A stretch of DNA of 37,610 nt from positions 105,672,355 to 105,709,964 of the forward strand of contig NC_068984.1 of the NCBI RefSeq assembly GCF_001194135.2. The letters run 5' to 3'. This DNA is from Octopus bimaculoides. Lineage: Eukaryota. Numbering within the stretch: the stretch's first letter is position 1; every line of letters starts with the position of its first letter. Made by a program: the position numbers and the translations under genes. The notes under the pieces were generated by a model that was given only the letters and a program-made list of their open reading frames with translations, was not told the origin of the DNA and made no database searches. Below are positions 23,331 through 34,767 of this stretch, one piece after another.

Positions 23331-24984
23331 ATCAACAGACGTCTTATTTAGATTAAAAATAGCCACACGCAAATATAAATATATGTAAGATAGTTGAGTT
23401 GGTAGTGAATGTCAGACCAGCTGTGAAAAACAAGTAGAAATTCATTGTTTATAGCCAAAGTACTTTGCTATTGTTCATTCTTCTTAGCCGTAAAATAGTT
23501 CAATGTTTAGAAAGAAAGAAATTATCACTGTCAGTGGCTCAATATTTACATAATTCCTCACATTAGCATAAGACTACAAATTTGTAGAAGAGGAAGATAA
23601 TTAACGAAATCAATTTGCAGTACATTACAAGTACTTATATTTCTTTCTTTGTAAATTAATAATAATTGATTCGGACAGGAGTTGAACTCACAACGTAAAA
23701 GGGATATGAACGAATAATGCGAGGTTACAAGGTGCTGCAGAATCTGCCATTTAGTGCATTAGTTTCTGGGTTTTATGTAAATGTCTTACCCACTGTGTCC
23801 TTATTTTCACATATAATTTGATGGGGATTATTCTGAAAACCAAGTATGTAATAAATATACAAAAAACTTCAATATTAAAAGGCAAGTATACGCCTTTTAA
23901 AGATGATAGTAGTGTATATGAACTGATAAAAAGAGTTTCATTGAAAATGGAAATGAGGTTGCGATCTCGGCTCAATGAGGCTTTATTTTTGCTCTGCTGC
24001 TACATTTAAAATCTGGCTGCAGATTCTGCCTTTGAGCCTTTCACCTACACAAAATTTATCTCTATTCCATATCTGCTTGCTAGATAAGAATATATTATGC
24101 TATAGGATTTTAAGAAATGCATCTTCACATTTCCGATAAAAATATCCTACAGCTTCACGAGATCTATAAATAAAGTGCTGACAAAAACAGATAAAGTAAA
24201 CGTTTCCGGTTATAAAAAGGTTATATTTTTACAGCAAAAAAATCTGTGATAGAGAAACGGAATGTTTACAAAAACATTTACAGTATTAATCTAAGAAACC
24301 GTCTCCCATAAGCGTTTGAAACCCTATCACAATTTGGATTAAATTGTCGCACTATGGTACCATAGACAGAGTTAAGTTTACAGATTACAATGATCTTAAC
24401 AAATATTGTTTTTATGTAATGAGTTGGGGGTTAACAATATCTACAATGTGCCATAATGACGTTCAAGTGTCACACTATGCTTCAAAAGGGCTATAGTTAA
24501 AATCTCGGCATCGGTATAAAATTGTGTTGAAGGAGAAAACCGAGATAATTAAACATAACCAACAGGTCAATGGAGGGAGTAGAGACGTGGTTACTCGATC
24601 TGTTAGAAACAAATTTATTCACAAATAACACTCTTCCACCATAAAGAAATAAAATAACATTAGAAAATAAAGTTCCTGTTATGTAAAATTACGTGATGGT
24701 CACATCGACTGTCTATTGGTTCAGTTAAATAGTGCTGAATTTGTATGAATTAGTGTTTTATTAACTTTTAGCGACGAGTTAAATTTTCATACTGGCATGA
24801 AGCTAAAAAGGAAGCCATTTAACAGAATTTTTCTTGAATATACTTTTATCAACAATATCAGCAAATATGTACAACTAATTGATGAACACTTTTATTCCCT
24901 AATATTAGTGCCTACCATATAAACCTACCAAACGAAAATCTGTTCGTGGTGATTTTCTGTTAGCATAATAAAAAACAATCCGCA

Positions 24985-25018
<34 letters not shown>

Positions 25019-25090
25019 NNNNNNNNNNNNNNNNNNNNNNNNNNNNNNNNNNNNNNNNNNNNNNNNNNNNNNNNNNNNNNNNNNNNNNNN

Positions 25091-25166
<76 letters not shown>

Positions 25167-25278
25167 GTGTGTACATATATATAGGTAGATAGATAAAATT
25201 AAATTGAGATATACAATTGACAATCCAATAATTTATTTATATTATAATATAGCATAAAAAATTATTAAAACATCAAAA

Positions 25279-25355
25279 GGCCAACAATTTGTTTCGACTT
25301 ATATACGTTTTATGATATATAAACAATTCCCTTACATATAAACCTCATTAGAGCC
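25279..25355 (-). ncRNA. Hammerhead ribozyme copy with G5A core mutation
   Basis: GGCU-CUAAUGA-GGUUUAUAUG...UAUAUAAGUC-GAAA-C-AAAUU-GUU/GGCC. Confidence 0.65.
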
Positions 25356-25824
25356 AGCGTTTAAAGATAGACAGAAATCTGTGTGAAAGGACGGCTGTAT
25401 TGTAAAAAATTAATTCAATACCTATGTACTATGAGCTAGAAAAAATACTAATGATTATTTTGGCATACTTATGGGCTCAGCCGATTCAGCCCAGGTTACC
25501 GACTTTGTAGGTATATACATACTGTATCATTTCCATAATGAATTTCCAGAAATTAAAGGTGGTCTCTATAGAGATGATGCACTATTTTTTTAATAGCACT
25601 GGGTAAGAGAAAGAAAATTTGTCTGGTGCCTTCCATATTTCAACGAATTCTTAAGTGATTTTACCCGCTAAATTAAAAAATAACTTCAGTTTTTCTCCAC
25701 CAGGTGTAGTTTTCTGACTAAACCTGATAGAGTAAGTATTTTATTCATACAAAAGGCATATGATATGAATCAATAAAGAGAGCGTAACACAAAAGAAAGC
25801 GAAGTACAAATAAAAATTGAAAAT

Positions 25825-26038
25825 TCTTTTCTACGCTAGGCACAAGGCTCAAAATGTTTGGAGAGCGGACCTCGATGAGATGGACCCCAGTGCGCAACTG
25901 GTACTTAATTTATCGACCCCGAAAAGATGAAAGGCAAAGTCGACCTCGGCGGAATTTGAACTCAGAACATAAAGACAGACGAAATGCCACCAAGCATTTG
26001 GCCTGGCGTGCTAACATTTCTGCCAACTCGCCGCCTTG
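25825..26038 (-). mobile_element. SINE family A with 12-bp TSD
   Basis: Reverse copy of family A; aaaattgaaaat at 25813-25824 and 26039-26050. Confidence 0.9.
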
Positions 26039-26080
26039 AAAATTGAAAATGCACATTGGTTAAGATTTTTGGCAGAAATT

Positions 26081-27715
26081 TCAAGGAATAAATTTGCGCT
26101 TCTTTGTGTACCGTAAATGTTGAGCAACAAGAGTATCTCGTTTTAAACTCCATCAATAGTCTGCCATCATCACAGCGTCCTAACGTACTTGGTTCCGAGT
26201 TTCCCTCTCCTTGATGTCCTGATGGAATCGTTCGTCTTGTTCTTCGCTAATCTCCGAGATTTTCAGGAAAACAATCAGGATGACTAAAAAGATAATGCAT
26301 TCTGATGCTCATATTCGCGCCAGTATCACGAAAGGTTGATATCTACTTGGTAACAAGGTCTTTATAATTTTCACTTTTGTGATTCCCAAGGAAATTTTGC
26401 ACTACTTCTGCAAAGGCTAGTCAAGCTGATGCTTCATTTTAGCTCATTACTTTAACAAAATTTGTGTCCTTCAAGGGTTTATGGATCTGTGGTCCATCAA
26501 AAATCCCTGCTTTAAGTTTTTCACTCGTCAAATCTGGAAATACACTGCAGATGTACTTGAAACATTCCCCATTTTAATCAAGAGCTTTGATGAATTGCTT
26601 GAACTATCCGAGTTTGATGTGCAAAGAACGGAAAATGATCATATCTCGCTCAACTAAAGGTTCTTCCAATATATTGGCTGCTCTACATGGAGCCATATTT
26701 GTTCAAGGTGACCAGTTTTTCTTAACATAGTGGTTTGCTTGGTCTCTACTGCCCCACATGCAAAGAAAGCATGGGCATTTGGTATAACCAGATTGCTGTC
26801 CCATGACAAAATTCACCATCTAAAAGTCAACGTAGATGACCCATTTATGGTCATGATACAGTATAGTCTCTAAAACCAACTTAATTTCTTCATAGTTTTC
26901 CTTCAGAGTTGTTGAGTGGCCGCGTGGGACAGAGCAATACACATTTCCGTTGTGCAACAACACACATTTTAAACTACATTTAGAGCTGTCTATGAAAAGA
27001 CGCCATTCCTCTGGTTTGTATTCCCCAATGCCAAGTTTATTAAGAAGCCCACTGACATCTCTACTGTAAACCAGCTCTTCTTCTTTTATGAAAACAGAAA
27101 GGAACTCTTCATGCCGACTCCGATAAAATGTTATATGGACACCATTCTCTAGAAGATTCTTCTCTTTCAAGTCACGAACTAGATCCTTGATTATAGGGAT
27201 CTCATTTTCTTTACTGCCCACAAGGGGGACAAACAAGGACAGACAAAGGGATTAAGTCGATTACATCGACACCAGTGCGTAACTGGTACTTAATTTATCG
27301 ACCCCGAAAGGATGAAAGGCAAAGTCGACCTCGGCGGAATTTGAACTCAAAACGTAACGGCAGGCGAAATACCGCTAAGCATTTTACCCGACGTGCTAAC
27401 GATTCTGCCAGCTCACCGCCTTCTATTATTGATTATAGGGATCTCGCCATACCATTGGTATAGCAAACCTCATACTTTTCTTTGTCTCTTTTGTCCATTG
27501 TCGCAAATGTCCTGTACATTGTTTGTAGACACTATGTAGTGCCGAATATTTATCTTGGTCTCCCAGCTTGACCTCAAAATATGCCATATACGCTCTTTCA
27601 ACAAAATCAGTAATGTTTCTTTCCGATTTTCAGGCAATGTGTATTCTCCACAAAGATAACAAAACGCATTTGGAGAATCAACGCAGCACTTCCTTGAAGA
27701 GGACATCTTGCTCAT
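26081..27715 (-). pseudogene. Chapaev3-like DDE transposase pseudogene
   Basis: N-terminal CCVDSPNAFCYLCGEYT zinc motif, EWRLFIDSSKCSLKCVLLHNGN, GQQSGYTKCPCFLC, and MSIRMHYLFSH...EEQDERFHQDI...MMADY. Contains stops, frameshifts and a SINE insertion. Superfamily assignment is from recalled motifs. Confidence 0.8.
27204..27428 (-). mobile_element. SINE family A with 17-bp TSD
   Basis: Reverse copy of family A; ttgattatagggatctc at 27187-27203 and 27429-27445. Confidence 0.95.
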
Positions 27716-29039
27716 TTTCTATTGCTTAGTTCACCACAACACCTAAAAAGTATGGAAAAAGAAAAAACTTAGAATTAGAATAAGGTAACGAACACTGCAT
27801 ACTGGACGTACACACATACATAGTAACTATAGGGATGTTCAATAACTTAAAAACTAGATCTGATAGGTCAAAAAGAGGGTTATATTTAGATTCAGGAAAC
27901 CGATTTTGTATAAGAATGATGTCTATTTCCTAAACACCAAAAACCTTGTAGAGCAGTGTAGTCAATCTAACAAAAATAATTTCTTTAAAAGATTTTGTTT
28001 ATCTATCTCTATAGAAAATGAACATGATTCAGTTAATTACCTGGGTGTTAAAAACGCAGGATACTGGAATAGAATAGTATATTGTAATAAGAATGAGAAT
28101 TCCACCAATTCTTATAATAATTATGGACGGACGATTGACAACGAAGTGGGTGAATCTAATAGTAACAATGTATCCAATTTATTTGTAAGTAGTAATGATA
28201 TGATTAACAATAGTAATAATATCAATAAGAACAAGTTTAGTAAATATATCCTGAATAAGAAATGGATATATAAATAAACTTAGCTCTAATGTTAATAAGT
28301 TTACACCATATACCAACTCAGATAACCTAATGATATTAATTATAATAAAGATAATTATATTTAGTTTATCATTCCTTACACAGGACAAATAAAAATGAAT
28401 TTGGTCAAGCTATTTTAGAGATCTATATTTAAGTACTTTAATAAAGAACATGAATATTATAAAATAATGAACAATAAAACGATTAGAATAGGTTTTTCAG
28501 TATCTAAAGATTTGTTTAGAATTATCTCTTCTTTTATTAATAAAAGTTTAGACAACTTTTATAATAATAACAATAATAATACTATTACAGAAAATGATCT
28601 AGCTAAAAATTGTGATTGTAGATATAAGGATAAATGTTATGTTAATAATTTTTGTTTACAGAACAATATTGTTTATAGATGTAGGGTGGATCGGAACAAA
28701 GAAATTACTTTTATATAGGGTTAACGAAAAATTTTATTTAAAAAAACGGATAGCAAACCATGAGTACACCTTTAGGAATAGAGATAGGTTTAACAGTACT
28801 AGTCTTAGTAAACTAATTTGGAAATTGAAGGATAGTAAGAAATTATACAAAATAAATTTGAAAATACTTAGTCAAGCTAGATCGTATAAAATGAATGATC
28901 CTAGATGTAACTTTTGTATAGAAGAATTATACCAGATATTAACATCTAAGAAGAAATTGCTTAATGAAAGACGTGAGAGTGTTCTATCTTGTACACACTA
29001 TTCTAAATATGTGTTAATAAAATTTTATTAAGTCTCTAT

Positions 29040-29565
29040 ATTTGTACTCGTATGCATCCATTTATATGTGTACATACATATGTATATATGAATAATCATA
29101 TATTTGTGTATATGTATATATACATTTGTATACGTGGGTACATATTTATATTTATCTGATGCTATTTATATGTCCTTATGCATGTATATATGTTTGTGCG
29201 TATATATATTGTGTGTATATATATATATATATGTGTGTGTATGTCTCTATATGCATTTATATATGTAGACATGTATTTATGTGTATATGTGTGTATATAT
29301 GTATAGGTATGTGTATATGTATGTATGTATGTATGTATATGTGTGTGTATCTTTGTATGTGTATGTGCATCTGCATGTATATGTATGTGTACAAGTATGT
29401 ATATGGAAGTCTATATATTCTTATATATGTACATGCATGTGTGTATATCATTTATTGTTAATGCGGGTATATGTTTATATATGTGTATATGGATGTATAT
29501 ATATATATGCATCCAGGTGTATTGCTATGTATATACATATGTAATCATATGGGTATTTATATATG
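29040..29565. repeat. Degenerate (TA)/(TG) low-complexity tract
   Basis: Direct; runs into gap 29566-29903. Confidence 0.9.
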
Positions 29566-29969
29566 NNNNNNNNNNNNNNNNNNNNNNNNNNNNNNNNNNN
29601 NNNNNNNNNNNNNNNNNNNNNNNNNNNNNNNNNNNNNNNNNNNNNNNNNNNNNNNNNNNNNNNNNNNNNNNNNNNNNNNNNNNNNNNNNNNNNNNNNNNN
29701 NNNNNNNNNNNNNNNNNNNNNNNNNNNNNNNNNNNNNNNNNNNNNNNNNNNNNNNNNNNNNNNNNNNNNNNNNNNNNNNNNNNNNNNNNNNNNNNNNNNN
29801 NNNNNNNNNNNNNNNNNNNNNNNNNNNNNNNNNNNNNNNNNNNNNNNNNNNNNNNNNNNNNNNNNNNNNNNNNNNNNNNNNNNNNNNNNNNNNNNNNNNN
29901 NNNTTCACCTTTTCAATATCAGTGAAGAATTTCACTGGAAAAGAAGATATAAGGTTTGCCAGGTTTTTG

Positions 29970-30064
29970 TCTCTCTCACCAAGGTCATCAGCTGTCGAAC
30001 GCCGACGAAGGGAAATAACCCTGAAATCCGGATACGTTCGTGCTGCTGATCAAGGTGAGAGGGA
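29970..30064 (+). ncRNA. Type I hammerhead ribozyme with extended stem I, U4C core
   Basis: CGAACG-CCGACGA-AGGG-AAAUAA-CCCU-GAAA-U-CCGG-AUA/CGUUCG. Stem I continues through a 3x4 internal loop into AUCAGC/GCUGAU and an 11-bp helix (29970-80/30054-64). Predicted cut after 30034. Confidence 0.8.
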
Positions 30065-30279
30065 TAACTTCCCTTGGCAAACAGGACACAGTCGTGTGTC
30101 GATAAGCCAGCTGGAGGAGATGTCCTCCTGGGGCTAAAAGCAACAGTAACATCCACCCCTAGGGGTCAGCCACACTTAAGTGGCAATATACTACACTTTA
30201 TCGTGCAGTTACTGTTAATACTTCATTTAGAGAATTAACATTACATTCATTTAATTTATCAATTAAATGGTGATAATTA

Positions 30280-30335
30280 TAATAATGATAATAATGATAA
30301 TAATGATAATAATGATAATAATAATAATAATAATA
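30280..30335. repeat. (TAA)/(TGATAA)n repeat
   Basis: Direct. Confidence 0.9.
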
Positions 30336-31292
30336 GATAAATAGTGTTAATAGCCAAAATAATTATTATAGTATTGTATAGTTTATAACTTGTACTCTTA
30401 TTATAACAATATTATTTTGTTAATTTTGAAAGAATTAATAAAATTTGAATATATACTGTTTATAGTCATTTAATTTTAAAATAATGATATTAATTATTTT
30501 TTTGTGAGCAAACCTTAATACTTGTTCTGTTTATAATACTTAATTTTTACTTATTTACAGAGTTCTCCCTTTCATAATATACGAATAATAATCCTTATTT
30601 AAGTAAGTTCAAATTCAGTTACTTCTAATACAACTAGTAATATGTTGATATCCATTATTATAGCTTAAGTCTATATCTATGGGGTATTTAGGATATAGTG
30701 TTTTCAGCCATAAGTTTATCTTCATATTTATAACGGAATTCTCCCTACGATAAATTAAGTAAGCAAAGAAATTATTTTTATTAGGCTTCTATTCATATTT
30801 ATTACGGAATAAACAATAATTATAGATAAACAATAATTATAGATCATTCATATTAGTTACTTTAAGCAACTACACAATAATATTTTTTTATATCAATGAC
30901 TTTATATAAATAGATGAGTTATTATATATTAAAGATATAATTATCATTTATATTTTTTCACACGTTTTATCACAGTTCTGGATAAAGCAAGACCCTGATA
31001 CTTAATTATATACACATATATATTATTGTTGTTTGTTATAATAGTGAAAGATTCTCTTAGACATAAACGAGTTTGGATCAATATTATTTGAGATATATAG
31101 AAATATATTTCGATAGTTGTAGATTACACATGCTTAATCTTTTTGAACGTGCAAAATTTTTTGTTGTTTTTTAATTGTAATTGATATGTAATTGAATAGT
31201 TAACGCTCACGCTCATAACAGAGAGGCATTTGAATTAATTTTTTACAATCCAGCCGTCCTTTCACACGGAATTTCGCCTATCTTTAAGTTGT

Positions 31293-31366
31293 AGCTCTGA
31301 TGTGGCTTATATATAAGGGAATTGCTTATATAAGAAATGTATATAAGTCGAAACAAATTGTTGGCT
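31293..31366 (+). ncRNA. Hammerhead ribozyme copy with A9U core mutation
   Basis: AGCU-CUGAUGU-GGCUUAUAUA...UAUAUAAGUC-GAAA-C-AAAUU-GUU/GGCU; stem II has 10 bp. Confidence 0.65.
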
Positions 31367-31596
31367 TTTGATGATTTAATAATTGTTTATGTTATTTTAT
31401 ATTGTGTTATATTATATTCATAGAATATTATGTTATATTATAGCATAAATAAATTATTGGATTATCAATTGTATATCTCTATTTAATTTTATATTTGTAA
31501 TTTGCATTATACCCATATGTATATGGTATTCAACTGACGTACCAGTGAATTGGATGTTTCACACACCCCTTTGAAGGGCTTTTTTCCCTTAGTTTG

Positions 31597-31650
<54 letters not shown>

Positions 31651-31689
31651 ACGGATTTTCCCGTCGAAGACGGCGCATAAATGTTCAAT

Positions 31690-31912
31690 TTTTGCCAAAC
31701 GACCAGTCCATTAGTACATTAGTTCACTCTCTCCATCAAATCAACGTTGCCTGAACAAGTATCTGGTGTACCACATGTCAGGTGTCGAAGTGATCGTAGA
31801 ACAACATGAGATGAAGGGTTTTGCTCAAGAACACAACGCACCACCCGGTCTAATTATTGAAACCATGATCTTTCGATCGTAAATACAATACCCTAACCAT
31901 TGAGCCATCCAC
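31690..31912 (-). mobile_element. SINE family C
   Basis: ggtgtaccacatgtcaggtgtcgaagtgatcgtagaacaacatgagatgaagggttttgctcaagaacacaacgca...accctaacc matches 10900-11060. Confidence 0.75.
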
Positions 31913-32955
31913 CCTCTCTCTCTCTCTCTCTCTCCCTTAAACACACACACACACACACGCACATGATTCTGATGGCGCACATGTATTGGAGTGTTGTACT
32001 TAACCTTAACTATGGAACAAAATCGAAGACAAACGAAATATGTAACATGTCGAAACGTTGTTCTGAATATCTATAAATTTATACATCAAAACAAAAAAAG
32101 AAGAAAATTTACAGAGCGTGTTTTACTTGTTTATATTATTTTCGATAATGTGAGTTTTGTTTTAGCATTCAGATAGATGTAAAACCGTCTTTGCTGGAAC
32201 TCTCTCGTAACACTATCCATAACTTAGGAAGAGCGTAGATGAAGCCAAAGAAGCTTCAGAATCGTTAATATTACAAGTTTACAGGTCACGAATAGCAAAT
32301 AAGATTAAGTCTTCTCGAGACAAAACAACCCGTCTGTCACTGATCATGTTCTGTGCCAGAGAAACACATCTCTAAATCTCCTAAAAAAATAAAAACAAAA
32401 AGGAGCAGACGAAAAAAAGCTAAAGAACGTCTTTCAGCTACAATTGGTTTATAAATAGAGAGCTGACAAGAGCAGGCAGCAAGCTAAATAAACAGTAATC
32501 AATTTTACTGTATGGTGAATTATATCGGCTATAATTAGAGTCTGTTGAGAGCTATATCAATGCAGAATCCATAGAAGATCACGTGTTCTTGAATTTTCAG
32601 TTGGTTGTCTGGCATTCTATGAACTTCACTATTCACTCTCACTGCTCTACATAAAATTCAATTACACTACACACTAATTAAACTTTTTAATGGTGGATAT
32701 ATTGCCAAATTCATACTTATCCGGGACTTAATTAGATTCTAGTATAATACAACTCATGGGACCGCTGCTTTGTTAGTATTATATCATATATAATATCATA
32801 TATTGTTTGTTAACTCGCCTTCGTTTTAAGCAACGTTACACTTTCAATTGCAAAACAGCTCTAGTTATGTAAAAGTGCTTTACACCTGATGGACGTATAG
32901 GTATCCTGCCTCTAAGAGTTTAACTCAGCTTTTCAGTAATATATATCAACCCGAA

Positions 32956-33305
32956 GGCGGCGAGCTGGGAGAAATGTTAGCACGCCGGGCGAAATGCTTA
33001 GGGTTCAAATTCCGCCGAGGTCGACTTTGCCTTTCCTCCCCAAAAATTTCGAGCCTTGTGCCTTGAGGAGAGAAGAATATATATCAACCCGAAAGTAGTG
33101 AGCTGGTAGAATCGTTGGCACGCCGGGAATAATTGCTTAACGATATTTCGTCCGTCCTTATGTCCTGAATTCTGTAGAGGTCAACTTTGCTTTTCATCCT
33201 TTCGGAGTCGATAAAATAAGTACCATTTGAGCACTGGGATCGATGTAATCGACTTACCGCATCCCCCGATATTGTTAGGTTTGTGTCAAAATTCGAAACC
33301 AATAC
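32956..33305 (+). mobile_element. Two tandem SINE family A copies (first internally deleted)
   Basis: ggcggcgagctgggagaaatgttagcacgccgggcg... to ~33078, then a second copy at 33094-33305. They are delimited by atatatcaacccgaa / atatatcaacccgaa / atatcaacc. Confidence 0.85.
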
Positions 33306-34639
33306 ATATCAACCTAATAATCAATAGCAACATTGTTAATTTCCCTTTTCAGCTTCGCTAGCTTGTAAATTGAGTTCAAACCCCGAGTATAGTTTTAAAT
33401 TGAAGATAAATAGTCTCTACTTAATGGACCGGTCCTTGGTGCACTGTCTGAGGTTGATGTCGTCAAGTGGTGGTGCCCTTGTAACCTAATAAGCTATAGA
33501 ACTTAGACCAAATCTTAAACTGGTAATAAAAGCGGTATAACGTCGGTTATGAGATGTCAACTCTCATATTTGTTACTAAAGTTGGGTTGACTTCTCTTCT
33601 TAACCGAGTCAGTGTTTTAACTCATCAACCAGGAAATAAAAAATAGTTTTGACTTTCTTTAGTGATGCCGTTTGATTAATTGATATCATAATACATTAAA
33701 ACATTCTTTAGTGGTGCAGCACGATTAATTAATATAATAAAACGCTGAGCCATTCGCAGTTTATTGAATCTAAGGTTGTAGAAAGATTCTTAATAAAAGT
33801 GAAGCTAATTTTAAATATTCTGCAAATGACTCGGCGTTGTTGCTTGCGGTTTATACACTATACACATACCAAATTTCATTTGGTCTACGTCAGTAAAATT
33901 GTTTTCTGCTATATTTCAATTACCAATAAAAAAATGTCTTTAATCATTTTCTTTTTAGATATTTTTTTTAACATTGGAAATTTTGAAAAAGTTCTATTTC
34001 AGATTAAATTATTTTAATTAAGTTTGAAACCGATAGAAACAGAAAAATACCAATCATTCTTCGTGTATGCCAACTCCCAAAGCAGTAACAGCAACAGTGA
34101 CAACAACCATAACGACTATAAAACACACATACATACAAATACACGCGCATGTACGCGCCTATCGTCAAATTGCAGTAAATAATTTCTCGATTATAGAGAT
34201 CGTAATCCGCACGTGATTTAAATTAGATTTAAACACCAACACAGTCCTGAAATTACATGCTGATGAAGTTGAAGCAGTTTTTGCAGGTCCTGCTGTTATT
34301 GCAGTCCTGCTGTTATTACATTACAACAGAGGCAGTTGTTAAGGTGATTATAAATGTCACAGATTTTGCCGCTGTTGTTATTTGCTCCAGATCAATTTCA
34401 TAAGCAAACATCTTGACCACGAAGATTAAGTGACATTACATATTTCAACTTACATAATTTCTATTTAACTATGAATAAAAATATCATGGAATTAAACCCA
34501 AATTAGTGCTGATAACTAATTTAGTTAACAAAATGAAGAAAGACCAACTGATAAAACTACATTTTGTCATTGTACTTAACTTTGGACGAACGGCAAGTTT
34601 CAAAGCATTAACGTCTACGTTCCTCTCAAATGAATTTAC

Positions 34640-34695
34640 CCAGAACACTAGTGTACACACACACACACACTCTCTCTCTCTCACACGCACACACG

Positions 34696-34767
<72 letters not shown>
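34640..34767. repeat. (AC)n microsatellite
   Basis: Direct; runs into gap 34768-35385. Confidence 0.95.

Larger units (their letters stand above)
25597..27958 (-). mobile_element. Chapaev3-type (CMC superfamily) DNA transposon, full span, decayed
   Basis: Both ends read CACTG inward (25597-25601; 27954-27958). TAG flanks both ends (25594-96, 27959-61). Diverged inverted subterminal aaaacta...aaaa...gttat motif on each side, and a transposase remnant inside. Confidence 0.75.
25193..31492 (+). mobile_element. Penelope-like element bounded by inverted HHR-bearing terminal repeats
   Basis: 25193-25436 (-) matches 31211-31492 (+). The body has RT ILMGSADSAQVTDFVGIYIL...GGLYRDD (25460-25578), resumes after 27958 with LSISIEN..VNYLGV, and ends in GIY-YIG CDCRYKDKC..CLQNNIVYRC...RCNFCIEE...SCTHYSKYVL (to 29031). 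Confidence 0.8.

Noticed and set aside
30075-30190. Possible twister or HDV-like second ribozyme downstream of the 30k HHR
   Set aside because: I could not place the required pseudoknot pairings by eye; left to a covariance-model search.
32020-32070. tcgaagac...gtcgaaacgttgtt, resembling a PLE terminal ribozyme
   Set aside because: Core is scrambled and stem I is absent.
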